Shown: piece after piece, positions 29,047-38,790 of the stretch
Layout of the letters: each line of letters begins with the position of its first letter
How positions within the stretch are numbered: the stretch's first letter is position 1
Source: an uncultured Bacteroidales bacterium
GTDB taxonomy: Bacteria > Bacteroidota > Bacteroidia > Bacteroidales > UBA3663
Reading direction: 5' to 3'
Assembly (NCBI GenBank): GCA_937899265.1
Contig: CALBPV010000002.1
Location: forward strand, 1 to 61,970
DNA: 61,970 nt
Notes under the pieces: model-generated
Seen by the model: the letters and a program-made list of their open reading frames with translations, nothing else
What the model was told of the DNA's origin: nothing
Databases searched by the model: none
Made by a program: the position numbers and the translations under genes

Positions 29047-30072
29047 TTAATTGTGAGCAGCCTCAAATTCGTCGAGGAAGCGCTGGTCGTTCTCCGAGAA
29101 GAGTCGGAGGTCATTCACCCTGTATTTCAAGTTGGCAATACGCTCCACGCCCATACCGAAAGCGTAGCCTGTATATTCTTTCGAATCGATGCCGCAACTT
29201 TCGAGCACGGCGGGATCGACCATGCCGCAGCCCAGAATTTCCAGCCACCCGGAACCTTTGCACATGGCGCATCCTTTACCGTGGCAAAGGGTGCAGCTCA
29301 CGTCCATTTCGGCACTTGGCTCCGTGAAGGGGAAATAGGACGGACGCAATCTGATTTGCGTGTCGCTTCCGAACATCTCGCTCGCAAAAGCCTGAAGCAC
29401 TTGCTTGAGATCGGCAAACGAAACATTCTTGTCCACATAGAGACCTTCCACCTGATGGAAGAAGCAGTGCGCACGTGCCGAAATCGCCTCGTTGCGATAC
29501 ACACGGCCCGGGCAAATCACACGGATGGGCGGTTTCTGCGTGGTCATCACACGTACCTGAACACTCGAAGTGTGGGTACGGAGCAGGACATCGGGGTTGC
29601 GTTGGATGAAGAAGGTGTCCTGCATATCGCGAGCCGGATGGTCTTCGGCAAAGTTCAGGGCGCTGAACACATGCCAGTCGTCTTCCACCTCGGGACCTTC
29701 AGCCACGCTGAAGCCGAGTTTGGTGAAGATATTGATGATTTCCTGCTTCACAATACTGAGGGGGTGGCGTGTTCCGACCTCTGCCGGATAAGCCGTGCGG
29801 GTCAAGTCGATGTCGGCTTCCACATGATCTTCGGAAGCGACATTTTCCCGGAGCGCATTGAGCTTGTCGGTAGCGGTTTGCTTGAGGGCATTGATGGCCT
29901 GGCCCAATTCGCGTTTTTGGTCGGCAGCCACCGTGCGGAACTCGGCCATCAGGTCGTTGATTGCGCCCTTTTTGCTGAGATACTTGATTCTCATCGCCTC
30001 GATTTGCTCGGCATTTTCTGCCTTGAGTTCTTCAATCTCGGCCTTGAGTTCGTTGATTTTGTCAATTAACAT
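29047..30072 (-). CDS. pheS: phenylalanine--tRNA ligase alpha subunit
   Basis: Class II motifs (FRNEAISARAHCFFHQVEG, GMGVERI). Confidence 0.92.
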   Translation of the reverse strand: MLIDKINELKAEIEELKAENAEQIEAMRIKYLSKKGAINDLMAEFRTVAADQKRELGQAINALKQTATDKLNALRENVASEDHVEADIDLTRTAYPAEVGTRHPLSIVKQEIINIFTKLGFSVAEGPEVEDDWHVFSALNFAEDHPARDMQDTFFIQRNPDVLLRTHTSSVQVRVMTTQKPPIRVICPGRVYRNEAISARAHCFFHQVEGLYVDKNVSFADLKQVLQAFASEMFGSDTQIRLRPSYFPFTEPSAEMDVSCTLCHGKGCAMCKGSGWLEILGCGMVDPAVLESCGIDSKEYTGYAFGMGVERIANLKYRVNDLRLFSENDQRFLDEFEAAHN

Positions 30073-30107
30073 ATAGTTGTTCGTTATTATTTCATTTAAA
30101 ATCGCCG

Positions 30108-30115
30108 CAAAGATA
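30108..30115 (-). promoter_or_regulatory. -7 box TATCTTTG upstream of pheS
   Basis: CAAAGATA on the + strand, about 35 nt from the pheS ATG. Confidence 0.4.
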
Positions 30116-30210
30116 TTGAAAATTTCTCACATTTCCAATTATTTCCCTTATTTTTTTCAATTTCCGGCATTTTCTTCGCCTTTGTTGCAACTCCATCCGT
30201 CAAAATTCGC

Positions 30211-30218
30211 TATCTTTG
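30211..30218 (+). promoter_or_regulatory. -7 box TATCTTTG upstream of tilS
   Basis: Eight nt before ATG 30227. Confidence 0.4.
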
Positions 30219-30226
30219 CGGCAATT

Positions 30227-31609
30227 ATGACGATTTCCGAAAAAGTTTCAGCGTTTATTCAGTCCCGTTGTCTTTTCGACGGCGAAGTTCTGTCATCCGC
30301 CCCGGGCGAAGCCTCCGTTCTTGTAGGACTGAGCGGGGGATGTGACTCCGTGGCCACCCTTTTCATCCTCCGTCAATTGGGGTATCGCGTTCGGGCCATC
30401 CACTTCAACTTCGGCATTCGCGGGGCGGAGGCTGACCGCGACGAGGCGTTTTGCCGACAGCTCTGTTCCGATTGGCAGGTTCCCTTCCTGAGCCATCGTT
30501 TCGATGCGCCGGCCTATGCCTCCGCCCACAAATGTTCTTTGGAGTTGGCCTGTCGCGAACTGCGCTACGACTATTGGGAAACGCTTCGGCAGTCCGACCC
30601 CTCCATTCGATACGTTGCCTTGGGGCATCACCTCAACGACACGGTCGAAACGGTGCTCTTCAACCTGATGCGCGGCACCGGCTTGGCCGGACTTCAGGGC
30701 ATCTCCCCTGCCCGTGACTTCTATCGCCGTCCGCTGCTGTGTCTGTGGCGCGAAGAAATCCAAGCCTATCTTGAGGAAAACCGTGTTTCATGGGTCACCG
30801 ACTCCACCAATCTGACCGACGACTGTACCCGCAACCGGATTCGCAACCGTCTGCTCCCCCTGATGCTCCAAATCAACCCCAATGCGGCTATGGGCGTCAG
30901 CGTCACGGCCCGCAACCTCGGCAATCTCCGATTTGTATTCGATGCCGGCATGAAATCGCTCCGTTCCCGTTTTGTCGAACAGCGCGAAATCGAGGGCTAC
31001 GAATGCTTCACGATAAGGTTCCACGACCTCATGCGCGAAAAGGACCCCGAGGAGATGCTCCGGGCACTGCTCCGCCTGTTGTATCCCGACGCTCAAATCA
31101 TACCTGCATGGATTCCGTCCATGTTCAAGGCATTTGAGCAATGGAAGCACACGGTTTTTGCCAATGACAGTTTCTGGAGTTTCATGGACCGCCGAGCCAT
31201 GGCGGGCGGTTTGACCGTCGTTCCCGCGCTGTTCGGTGTACATCTTCCGTTGCCCGACGACCCCCAGCCCCAATATTACAGCGAGGAAAAACCTCTTACC
31301 GACAGTCTGCGCTCCGAGATTCGCAAAGCCGACCCCTATGAACTCTACGCCGATGCCGACAAGGTTCAGCAACCCCTTCGGTTCTGCCATTGGCGCGGAG
31401 GTGAACGCATCGCTCCCCTCGGCATGAACGGCAGGGAGAAACTGGTCTCCGACCTCTTCTCCAATGCCGGCTATACGCCCCTGCAAAAACTCAGCACCTG
31501 GCTTCTCGCCGATGCCGGGGGCAGGATTCTGTGGGTTACGGGGTTGCGTGTTTCCGAACTGACAAAAATCGACGGGAACACCCGTCGGGTACTTTATGTC
31601 ACGGTCTGA
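30227..31609 (+). CDS. tilS: tRNA(Ile)-lysidine synthetase
   Basis: PP-loop LVGLSGGCDS. Start at ATG 30227 (MTISEKV). The track start at 30077 lies in an AT-rich promoter region. Confidence 0.88.
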   Translation: MTISEKVSAFIQSRCLFDGEVLSSAPGEASVLVGLSGGCDSVATLFILRQLGYRVRAIHFNFGIRGAEADRDEAFCRQLCSDWQVPFLSHRFDAPAYASAHKCSLELACRELRYDYWETLRQSDPSIRYVALGHHLNDTVETVLFNLMRGTGLAGLQGISPARDFYRRPLLCLWREEIQAYLEENRVSWVTDSTNLTDDCTRNRIRNRLLPLMLQINPNAAMGVSVTARNLGNLRFVFDAGMKSLRSRFVEQREIEGYECFTIRFHDLMREKDPEEMLRALLRLLYPDAQIIPAWIPSMFKAFEQWKHTVFANDSFWSFMDRRAMAGGLTVVPALFGVHLPLPDDPQPQYYSEEKPLTDSLRSEIRKADPYELYADADKVQQPLRFCHWRGGERIAPLGMNGREKLVSDLFSNAGYTPLQKLSTWLLADAGGRILWVTGLRVSELTKIDGNTRRVLYVTV

Positions 31610-32372
31610 CCGTCAAGTGGAAGCACGCCTGTTTCTTTTCGTATTTCACATAGCAATGGCCTGAGTTCTTCAAATCCCAGAGAGCCCGGGCCAAATCCAC
31701 TTTGAGTTGTCCGTCTGAACGGGAGGCTCCGTGGTGGTCAAAGCGGTTGTAGGTGATATCTATGGTCGTGCCGTAGCAATGGCATGAATTCCGGGTGGCA
31801 TTGGCATTGCTTTTCGACAGACTTTTGACATCCGAGCCGGACCGCAGCACCGAAGTCACTACGAATCTGGTCTCCGTCCCGCTGTACTCTTGGAAAAGGG
31901 CACCCAGAGCCAACAGAAAATCCGACGCTTCCGGAACCATGTAAGGCACCGAATGGGTCATTCTGTCCATCTTGTAATATTTGCAATTTTCCAGCCGCAC
32001 AAGTTTTCCGGCATCCAACAAGCCGTCGAAGTCTTCCCGTTTTTCACAGGGACGGATGCCCAGCCGCTGTGCTGCGGCAAGTTGCGTGTCGTTGATGTCA
32101 TTGAAATCCCGCGCCAGATGCATCGTGCGACGGGGGTGTTTCCCGTTGGTCAGGACGAAAGTTCTGTCCGTCCAACGTTTGCCCTCGGGGAAACGGGCTG
32201 TCGGCATTTCCATTTCCGTCCCCCACGAAATCCGCTCAAGGATGGCCTCGACACCCTTGATGACACCCCAGACCAGCACGAGGAAGAGGGCGATGCCGAG
32301 CGCTACAATGCTCCACCCCGCCAGACGGCGTTGTCGCGACGGCAGTGACCAGTATTTATCTGAAAGACTCAC
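31599..32372 (-). CDS. LAS/M15-like metallopeptidase-fold protein (DUF5715-like) with N-terminal TM anchor
   Basis: H..G..D-like SCHCYGTTIDI and C-terminal CFHLTV. GTG start at 32372. The 3' end overlaps tilS by 11 bp. Confidence 0.5.
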   Translation of the reverse strand: MSLSDKYWSLPSRQRRLAGWSIVALGIALFLVLVWGVIKGVEAILERISWGTEMEMPTARFPEGKRWTDRTFVLTNGKHPRRTMHLARDFNDINDTQLAAAQRLGIRPCEKREDFDGLLDAGKLVRLENCKYYKMDRMTHSVPYMVPEASDFLLALGALFQEYSGTETRFVVTSVLRSGSDVKSLSKSNANATRNSCHCYGTTIDITYNRFDHHGASRSDGQLKVDLARALWDLKNSGHCYVKYEKKQACFHLTVRP

Positions 32373-32390
32373 GTCTGGCTGCTCCTCTTC

Positions 32391-34697
32391 TTATGGCAAC
32401 GGCTGCAAGCCTTCCCACTTCACATCCCAACCTTCGGGGAATCCGGGATTCTCTTCCTCGCAACCGTCCCATCCTGCACAAAGGGCGGCGACAGCCGTCA
32501 GCAAACCTCCGTTGCCGGGCAGGTAAAGACGCAGTCTCGAATCTTGATAATTGTGTCCCGACACCAGATACGTATTGGTACGCTTCGGAACCACGAGGGC
32601 ATCCACCGCGATTTGTTTCTCGCCCAGACGGGCTGCACACATGGATGTCATCGGATAATCCCATCCCCAGGTCTTGCCCCAGTTCCAGTTGTCCCAAACC
32701 CAATGCAGCGTATTTGACATCACATCGGCGCGCACCTGCGGTGTCTTCGGGAAAATGCCCAAAGCGCCCAGCACCGCCATGTGGTCCGAGGTAAAACGGA
32801 TGTCGCGATAGGTTTCGCGTGCCGTCTCGGCAGCCAGGTAGAGTTTGCCGTATTGGGCGATATAGGTCTTTTCGTCCTCGGTCAGGTCGGTGTCTGTTTC
32901 CGAGATATATGTCAACGGCGAGAGTTTGTCGATGAGTTCCTCCCACTCCATATTTCTTTGCAGTCCCTTTCTTTCTCTCCACAGCTGAGCCACGCCCATG
33001 CAGTAATGCCACTGGGAGAGTTCAAAGGGGGTGTTTTGCGTTTCCGAAGCCTTCAGTGTTTCCTGAGCGGGAATGGCGCCTTTCAGCACATAACGTCCCT
33101 CCATGCCGTCGTAGTCTGCGAAGTCGAACATAAACTCGGCGGTTTCCTGCACCAGGGTGTAATAACGGTCCAACACATCCTGAGCCCGGAAACTGTGGTC
33201 GCCCTGTGCCTCCTGGGCCACCGCAGCGCGGTAAAGCAGCTCCGCAAGATAGATAATGTGGGGCTGTTGCCAGATGAGGAACGAACCTACGTTCGACGGA
33301 GCTTCCGTGCCCGAGGGGTCGGTCATCTTCATCCAGCGCACTCCTTTGAAGCCCTGTCTTTGGGCAATCAGACGAGCCACGGGTTCTGCGTGTTTATACC
33401 ACCGGAGGGTATGATCCAGTTTCTCGGGGTGTCCCCACAAAGCGAACTGGGCCTGATGCCACCATATCATTTCCAGATGGTATTTTCCGAACCATGAGTT
33501 ATAGGTCAGACCTGTTTCCTGAGGGGGGACACTTCCTGCGCAGTTGACGGCCAAAAGATACTGTGAGAGCACGATGCGGCGTTCCAATTCCCGTGCGCCC
33601 TCTGCTTTTGTGCCTGAAAGATCCACCATGGCTCCTTTCTGCCAATAGTGTTTCCAGTAATTCTCCGAGGCTTGGAAAACGTCTTTCGCATCGAGGGGGT
33701 CCTGACGATGGTCGTAATATTCGGCCACGCTTTTGCGGTCGCCGACGGGATAGAACCAGGCGGTGAAAGAATAATCCTTCGTCGATGGAAGAAGCACGAT
33801 TCGGTTGTCGCCCTTCCGCTCGATTTTCATTTCGGTGTTGCCTGTCCATTCGATGGCCACGCCGTAGGTATAGTCGTGTTCCACGGCTGCGTTCAGTTCC
33901 TCGGCCACAATCACTTTCGGGAACCAATGCGTCAATTCGAGCCGCTTGGGAGCCTTGAGCGTATCGTAGGTGTAATGCAGCCGTTTGTCGTCTTTCCAGT
34001 CGCAGGCATTGTCGGCATGTTTTCCCGTGGGATAAGGCATCGAAATGACAATCGGCAAGGGGTCGCCGTCGCTTTTCACTTTGACGGCTATCTGGTCGGC
34101 CTTCGGGTTGCAGGCCGTCTCCACTTCATATTTCACTCCGCCAAGGCGGAATTTGCTTGCTATCACGCCGTCCTCCAAGTCGAGTTTTTGATGCACATCC
34201 GAGAATGAGGCATACGTCGTTCCCTCGGGCAGCCGGAAGCCGATGTTGCCCAAATGCAGACGGTGGGGATTCTCGCGGAAGTAGTTATAGGCTTCCATTG
34301 CCCGCTCGCTGTCCTTGTTCTTGGTTGTATAGAGTTCTTTGTGGCCGTGTCCGAAGTCATATTCGAGATAAGTGTCTTCGATTTTGAAGCCTTTGGGGTT
34401 GCCCCACGAATGCCAGCCCCACGTGCTCTGTGTGCCCAACGGCACGCCGGAAGCATACTCCACGGGGAAGGTCTGAAGACCTGTGGCATCCACGGTGAAT
34501 GCAAAATCGCCGTTGCCCACTGTCAGTGAGGCCAGTGAGTCAAAAGCCGTCACCACAGGACTGTTTCTTTCCAGAAGGGACTTCCTGTCAATGGGAGTCT
34601 TCGCACTGTGTCCGCTGCCGCTTTGGCTGCAAGCTGTCAACATCACAATTCCCGAGGCGAGAGTTACGACCGCCTTTATTCGATTTTTCTTGTCCAT
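32391..34697 (-). CDS. putative glycoside hydrolase lipoprotein, 768 aa, family not assigned
   Basis: Lipobox MLTA-C. N-terminal beta-sandwich-like TVGNGDFAFTVDATG, as in GH65/GH95-type enzymes, followed by a helical-repeat-like C-terminal half. Confidence 0.5.
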   Translation of the reverse strand: MDKKNRIKAVVTLASGIVMLTACSQSGSGHSAKTPIDRKSLLERNSPVVTAFDSLASLTVGNGDFAFTVDATGLQTFPVEYASGVPLGTQSTWGWHSWGNPKGFKIEDTYLEYDFGHGHKELYTTKNKDSERAMEAYNYFRENPHRLHLGNIGFRLPEGTTYASFSDVHQKLDLEDGVIASKFRLGGVKYEVETACNPKADQIAVKVKSDGDPLPIVISMPYPTGKHADNACDWKDDKRLHYTYDTLKAPKRLELTHWFPKVIVAEELNAAVEHDYTYGVAIEWTGNTEMKIERKGDNRIVLLPSTKDYSFTAWFYPVGDRKSVAEYYDHRQDPLDAKDVFQASENYWKHYWQKGAMVDLSGTKAEGARELERRIVLSQYLLAVNCAGSVPPQETGLTYNSWFGKYHLEMIWWHQAQFALWGHPEKLDHTLRWYKHAEPVARLIAQRQGFKGVRWMKMTDPSGTEAPSNVGSFLIWQQPHIIYLAELLYRAAVAQEAQGDHSFRAQDVLDRYYTLVQETAEFMFDFADYDGMEGRYVLKGAIPAQETLKASETQNTPFELSQWHYCMGVAQLWRERKGLQRNMEWEELIDKLSPLTYISETDTDLTEDEKTYIAQYGKLYLAAETARETYRDIRFTSDHMAVLGALGIFPKTPQVRADVMSNTLHWVWDNWNWGKTWGWDYPMTSMCAARLGEKQIAVDALVVPKRTNTYLVSGHNYQDSRLRLYLPGNGGLLTAVAALCAGWDGCEEENPGFPEGWDVKWEGLQPLP

Positions 34698-34820
34698 AAT
34701 TTAGTATTTGTAGTTTGCAAAGATAGTATTTTTCAGGCAATTTCCTGACTTTTCGGGTTCAAAAAATCATTAAATCCTTAAATATTCTTATGAAATGTCC
34801 CATTTTTCGCCGGAAAACGC

Positions 34821-34828
34821 TATATTTG
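34821..34828 (+). promoter_or_regulatory. -7 box TATATTTG
   Basis: Thirty nt upstream of ATG 34858. Confidence 0.4.
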
Positions 34829-34857
34829 CGTCCAAATTTCCATAGTTTCAAATTAAA

Positions 34858-36033
34858 ATGAAAGAACTCGAACTCAAGTACGGGTGCAATCCCAACCAGA
34901 AACCCGCTCGCGTTTTCATGACCGAAGGGGAACTTCCCTTCAGCGTCCTCAACGGCCGTCCCGGCTACATCAACCTTCTCGATGCCTTCAACTCCTGGCA
35001 ATTGGTCAGGGAGCTCAAGGAGGCCACGGGTCTTCCAGCCGCCACGTCGTTCAAACATGTTTCGCCGGCCGGTGCGGCCGTAGGTCTTCCCCTCTCCGAC
35101 ACATTGAAGAAGATTTATTTCACCGATGACTACGAACTCACGCCCCTCGCCTCGGCCTACTGCCGTGCACGCGGTGCCGACCGCATGTCGTCCTTCGGCG
35201 ATTTCATCGCTCTCTCCGATGTCTGCGACGTTGCCACCGCCAAACTCATCAACCGGGAGGTCAGCGACGGCATCATTGCCCCCGGCTATGAGGCCGAAGC
35301 CCTCGACATTCTGAAAAACAAACGCAAAGGCACCTATTGTGTGCTCCAAATCGACCCGGATTACACGCCCGAGCCCCTGGAACGCAAGCAGGTCTTCGGC
35401 ATCACCTTCGAACAGCTTCGCAACGAAGTGAAGCTCAACGACCCGACTCTCTTCGCCAACATCCCCACCCAAAACAAAGACATCCCCGAGGCGGCGCGGC
35501 GCGACCTCATGATAGCGCTCATCACGCTCAAATACACCCAGTCCAACTCCGTATGCTACGTCAAGGACGGACAGGCCATCGGCATCGGCGCCGGCCAGCA
35601 GAGCCGCATCCACTGCACACGTCTCGCCGGCAACAAGGCCGACATCTGGTGGCTTCGTCAAGCTCCTCAGGTGCTCAACCTTCCCTTCAAGGAAGGCATC
35701 CGCCGTGCCGACCGGGACAACACCATCGACGTATATATCAGCGAGGACCACGACGATGTGCTTGCCGACGGCGTTTGGCAGAATTTCTTCACCGAGAAAC
35801 CTGCCGTCTTCACTCGCGAAGAAAAGAAAGCGTGGTTGGCCCAAAACACGGGTGTCTCCCTCGGTTCCGATGCTTTCTTCCCCTTCGGCGACAACATCGA
35901 GCGGGCCCACAAAAGCGGTGTCCGGTGGATTGCCGAGGCCGGCGGCTCGGTGCGCGACGACAATGTGATTGCCACCGCCGACAAGTACGGCATCGCCATG
36001 GCCTTCATCGGCATCCGCCTCTTCCACCATTAA
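34858..36033 (+). CDS. AICAR transformylase-domain protein (PurH C-terminal domain only), 391 aa
   Basis: KYGCNPNQ..., SFKHVSPAG..., GSDAFFPF.D..GGSVRDD...RLFHH. There is no MGS/IMP-cyclohydrolase domain. Confidence 0.8.
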   Translation: MKELELKYGCNPNQKPARVFMTEGELPFSVLNGRPGYINLLDAFNSWQLVRELKEATGLPAATSFKHVSPAGAAVGLPLSDTLKKIYFTDDYELTPLASAYCRARGADRMSSFGDFIALSDVCDVATAKLINREVSDGIIAPGYEAEALDILKNKRKGTYCVLQIDPDYTPEPLERKQVFGITFEQLRNEVKLNDPTLFANIPTQNKDIPEAARRDLMIALITLKYTQSNSVCYVKDGQAIGIGAGQQSRIHCTRLAGNKADIWWLRQAPQVLNLPFKEGIRRADRDNTIDVYISEDHDDVLADGVWQNFFTEKPAVFTREEKKAWLAQNTGVSLGSDAFFPFGDNIERAHKSGVRWIAEAGGSVRDDNVIATADKYGIAMAFIGIRLFHH

Positions 36034-36062
36034 TCCGCCGAATGGATTAACGGACGGGACGA

Positions 36063-36104
36063 TTCATGGTTCACGGTTCACGGTTCATGGTTCATGGTTC
36101 ACGG
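36063..36104. repeat. six heptamer units TTCA(C/T)GG
   Basis: Read directly, 30 nt after the stop at 36031-36033. Confidence 0.9.
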
Positions 36105-36213
36105 TTCAAGAAAGAGAAAAATTCTCCAATTCTCAAATTCTTGATAAAAATCAGAATTAACGGCTATGAGAATGTCTATGCCGTCGAGATAGCTCCTGCC
36201 AAATAAAGGAAAA

Positions 36214-36250
36214 AGAAACGGCACACCGTCCGGGATGTGCCGTTTCTTTT
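36214..36250. terminator. bidirectional rho-independent terminator
   Basis: AGAAACGGCACA-N10-TGTGCCGTTTCT with A-run and T-run flanks, between convergent genes. Confidence 0.75.
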
Positions 36251-36257
36251 CTGCTGT

Positions 36258-36800
36258 TTATTTCTTTCTTCTCGTGCCTCCCGGGCGCTGTGCTTTGGCC
36301 TTGGGATTGACACCTTCCACGCGCCTCACCTTCACGTTCATCAGTTTCTGTTTGTCCGAGAGGGCTTCGCTGAAGGTCTTGGCCTTACGGTTCTCTTCGC
36401 GTTTGGCTTCCCGTGCGGCCAGTTCGGCGGGCGTGAGCTGCGACTTGGGAATCTTCACAAACTTTTTGCCCTGTGGATTGTGACGCACCAGTTTGCTTTT
36501 GGGGTTCTGACGCATCTCTTCCAGCCGTTCGGCTTTCTCTTCGTTATGCTCCACCCACCAGGGAGTCCTGTGGGTTTTCTCATAACTCTCCGCCGAGATG
36601 GCGTTGCCCAACGGATTCTCGGGATTGACTTTCTGTCCATCGACAGTCACGGTGTCGGTTTCGGTGTCGATGACCTGCCCCACCCGGGCCGTCACGCCGT
36701 TCACCTCGACTCTCCCGTCAGCAATCAAAGCGTCCGTTTCGCGTCGCGAACAAACGCCTGTTTCGCTCAAATATTTGTTGATTCTTTCTAATTTTTCCAT
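36258..36800 (-). CDS. stand-alone S4-domain RNA-binding protein with Lys/Arg-rich tail, 180 aa
   Basis: MEKLERINKYLSETGVCSRRETDALIADGRVEVNG is a RsuA/RluF-type S4 domain. No pseudouridine synthase core follows. Confidence 0.65.
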   Translation of the reverse strand: MEKLERINKYLSETGVCSRRETDALIADGRVEVNGVTARVGQVIDTETDTVTVDGQKVNPENPLGNAISAESYEKTHRTPWWVEHNEEKAERLEEMRQNPKSKLVRHNPQGKKFVKIPKSQLTPAELAAREAKREENRKAKTFSEALSDKQKLMNVKVRRVEGVNPKAKAQRPGGTRRKK

Positions 36801-36821
36801 AAAACCGTCTTTTTTCGGCTG

Positions 36822-36829
36822 CAAAGATA
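36822..36829 (-). promoter_or_regulatory. -7 box TATCTTTG for the S4 gene
   Basis: CAAAGATA on the + strand, about 22 nt from the start. Confidence 0.45.
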
Positions 36830-36850
36830 CAAAGTTTTCGCGAATTTTTG

Positions 36851-36858
36851 TATATTTG
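36851..36858 (+). promoter_or_regulatory. -7 box TATATTTG for the LTA-synthase-family gene
   Basis: Eleven nt before ATG 36870. Divergent partner of the box at 36822. Confidence 0.45.
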
Positions 36859-36869
36859 CACCCGTAAAA

Positions 36870-38789
36870 ATGTCAAAAACTTCGTTTATGAAGAAAAAAA
36901 TAGCCATCTTTTTGGCCTTTGTGCTGTTTTTTGAGCTTTGCAGACTCATCTTTATGTTCTGTTATTGGGACATTTACAGGGCCTACTCGCTGCTTGACTG
37001 GCTCAAGGCTCTTTCCCATGGCTTCGCCCACGACTTCACCGTCTCCGGCCTCATTATGCTGGTGCCCTTTGCGCTCGAAATCGTGCGCATCCTGCGTCCC
37101 GGAGCCTGGCATGACATCACGATGCGCCTCTGGTTCAGCATCATCATCCTGCCTGTTCTGACGTTTCTGGGGGTCGATTTCGTGCTCTACGGCTTTTGGG
37201 GGTTCCGTCTTGACACGACACCTCTCATCTACCTCTTCGACGACCCCGTCGAGGCGCTCAAACTGTCTCCGCCGGCAGCGCTCGTTGCCTCGCCCATTGC
37301 CTTGATTCTTTTTCTGTGGCTTATCCAGAAGCCTCTCCGCCGCCTTTTCCCCGCCGTCAGCCCCAACAAGCAGACGGCCACGGACCGTTCTTCGCGTTTC
37401 ACCATCGAACGCGCCACAGGCCATCGCCTCTCCCACATCCTCATGGCTCTTGCCATGATTCTGTTTTTCATTCTTCTCGAACGTTCTGTCACGCTCGGCA
37501 CGGCCTACTACACCACCGACATGCGCCTCAACCAGGCGGCCATCAACCCGGTCTATTCCGTTTGGTACTCGCTCAACCGTCCGTCCGACTTCCGTGCGCA
37601 ATATCGGTTCATGGGCGATGAGGACTGCCGTGCGGCTCTCGCCGAATTGGAATCCGTCCCGAGCCTTCAGGCTCCGTCCGACAGCCTGCCCGCCGGGCCT
37701 TCCGTTTCGCTCCTCTCCGTGAAGCGTCCCAACATTTTGCTCATTCTTCTCGAGTCGTTCTCCGGCATGGCGTGCCACGCCCTTTCGCCGGAGGCCAATC
37801 CTGCCATTATGCCGTGCATCGGCGAGCTCTATTCATCGAGCGTAGCTTTCACACGCTTCTACGCCAACTCTTTCCGTACCGACCGCGGCATGGCCTCCGT
37901 ACTTGCGGCCTATCCTTCCCAGCCCTGCTACACCGTTATGAACAATCCCGCCAAGGTAGGGTCGCTCCAGTACATCCCCCAGCGGCTCCGCGAATACGGC
38001 TGGACCACACAGTTCATCTACGGAGGCGATGCCGGGTTCACCAATCTCAAAGGCTTCCTCCATGCCGGTGCCATTGACGACATTGTCGAGAAGGACGACT
38101 TCCCCTCCGAACAGCTCACCATTCAAGCCGGAGCCCCCGACGAATTTCTTTTCGACCGCCTCTATAATATAATAGGTATGGAAACCGAGGCCCAGCGACG
38201 CGACAGCACGTTGGCCCCGTTCTTCAAAGCCACGCTCACCCTTTCGAGCCACGAACCCTTCGATACGCCCTTCGGCAGATTCGACGACCCCTACATCAAC
38301 TCTGTGGCTTACACCGATTCGTGTCTGGGTCTTTTCATCGACCGGCTGCGCGTGTCTCCCTCGTGGGACAATCTGCTGGTCATCGCCGTGGCCGACCACG
38401 GCTATGCCAACTATCCTCCCGGCGTGCAGAACCACGAGATGAAGCGACAGCTCATTCCCATGTTGTGGACCGGCGGCGCAATCGCCCGTCCGATCACCGT
38501 CCCTGCCCTCGCCTCCCAAGTCGATATCGCGGCTACGCTGCTGAGCCAGCTGGGGCTGCCCCACGACGATTTCAACTTCAGCCACGACATCTTTGATGCC
38601 GGTGCGCCCCGCTTCGTGGAATACACCTGGCCCGACGGCTTCGGATTCCTGACCGACAGCATCCGCTACATCCAGGACAACGAATACGACGGCCACGGCC
38701 TTGACGGCACCTTCGACCCCGAAGGCAAAGCCGAGCGTTGGGGCAAAGCCCTCCTCCAGGCCCTCTTCGACGACCTGGCGGAAAGATAA
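36870..38789 (+). CDS. LTA-synthase-family sulfatase-fold membrane protein (phosphoglycerol/phosphoethanolamine transferase-like)
   Basis: Five N-terminal TM helices plus a sulfatase domain (LILLESFSG..., VADHG). Confidence 0.8.
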   Translation: MSKTSFMKKKIAIFLAFVLFFELCRLIFMFCYWDIYRAYSLLDWLKALSHGFAHDFTVSGLIMLVPFALEIVRILRPGAWHDITMRLWFSIIILPVLTFLGVDFVLYGFWGFRLDTTPLIYLFDDPVEALKLSPPAALVASPIALILFLWLIQKPLRRLFPAVSPNKQTATDRSSRFTIERATGHRLSHILMALAMILFFILLERSVTLGTAYYTTDMRLNQAAINPVYSVWYSLNRPSDFRAQYRFMGDEDCRAALAELESVPSLQAPSDSLPAGPSVSLLSVKRPNILLILLESFSGMACHALSPEANPAIMPCIGELYSSSVAFTRFYANSFRTDRGMASVLAAYPSQPCYTVMNNPAKVGSLQYIPQRLREYGWTTQFIYGGDAGFTNLKGFLHAGAIDDIVEKDDFPSEQLTIQAGAPDEFLFDRLYNIIGMETEAQRRDSTLAPFFKATLTLSSHEPFDTPFGRFDDPYINSVAYTDSCLGLFIDRLRVSPSWDNLLVIAVADHGYANYPPGVQNHEMKRQLIPMLWTGGAIARPITVPALASQVDIAATLLSQLGLPHDDFNFSHDIFDAGAPRFVEYTWPDGFGFLTDSIRYIQDNEYDGHGLDGTFDPEGKAERWGKALLQALFDDLAER

Positions 38790-38790
38790 G

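Noticed and set aside
34759-36030. 423-aa antisense ORF, and similar ones at 42572-44005, 45664-46962, 46941-48371, 48362-49111 and 57406-58878
   Set aside because: Each is antisense to a gene with unambiguous family motifs (PurH-like, GH28, LpxD, LpxC/FabZ, LpxA, T9SS protein). Their compositions are typical of GC-rich antisense frames.
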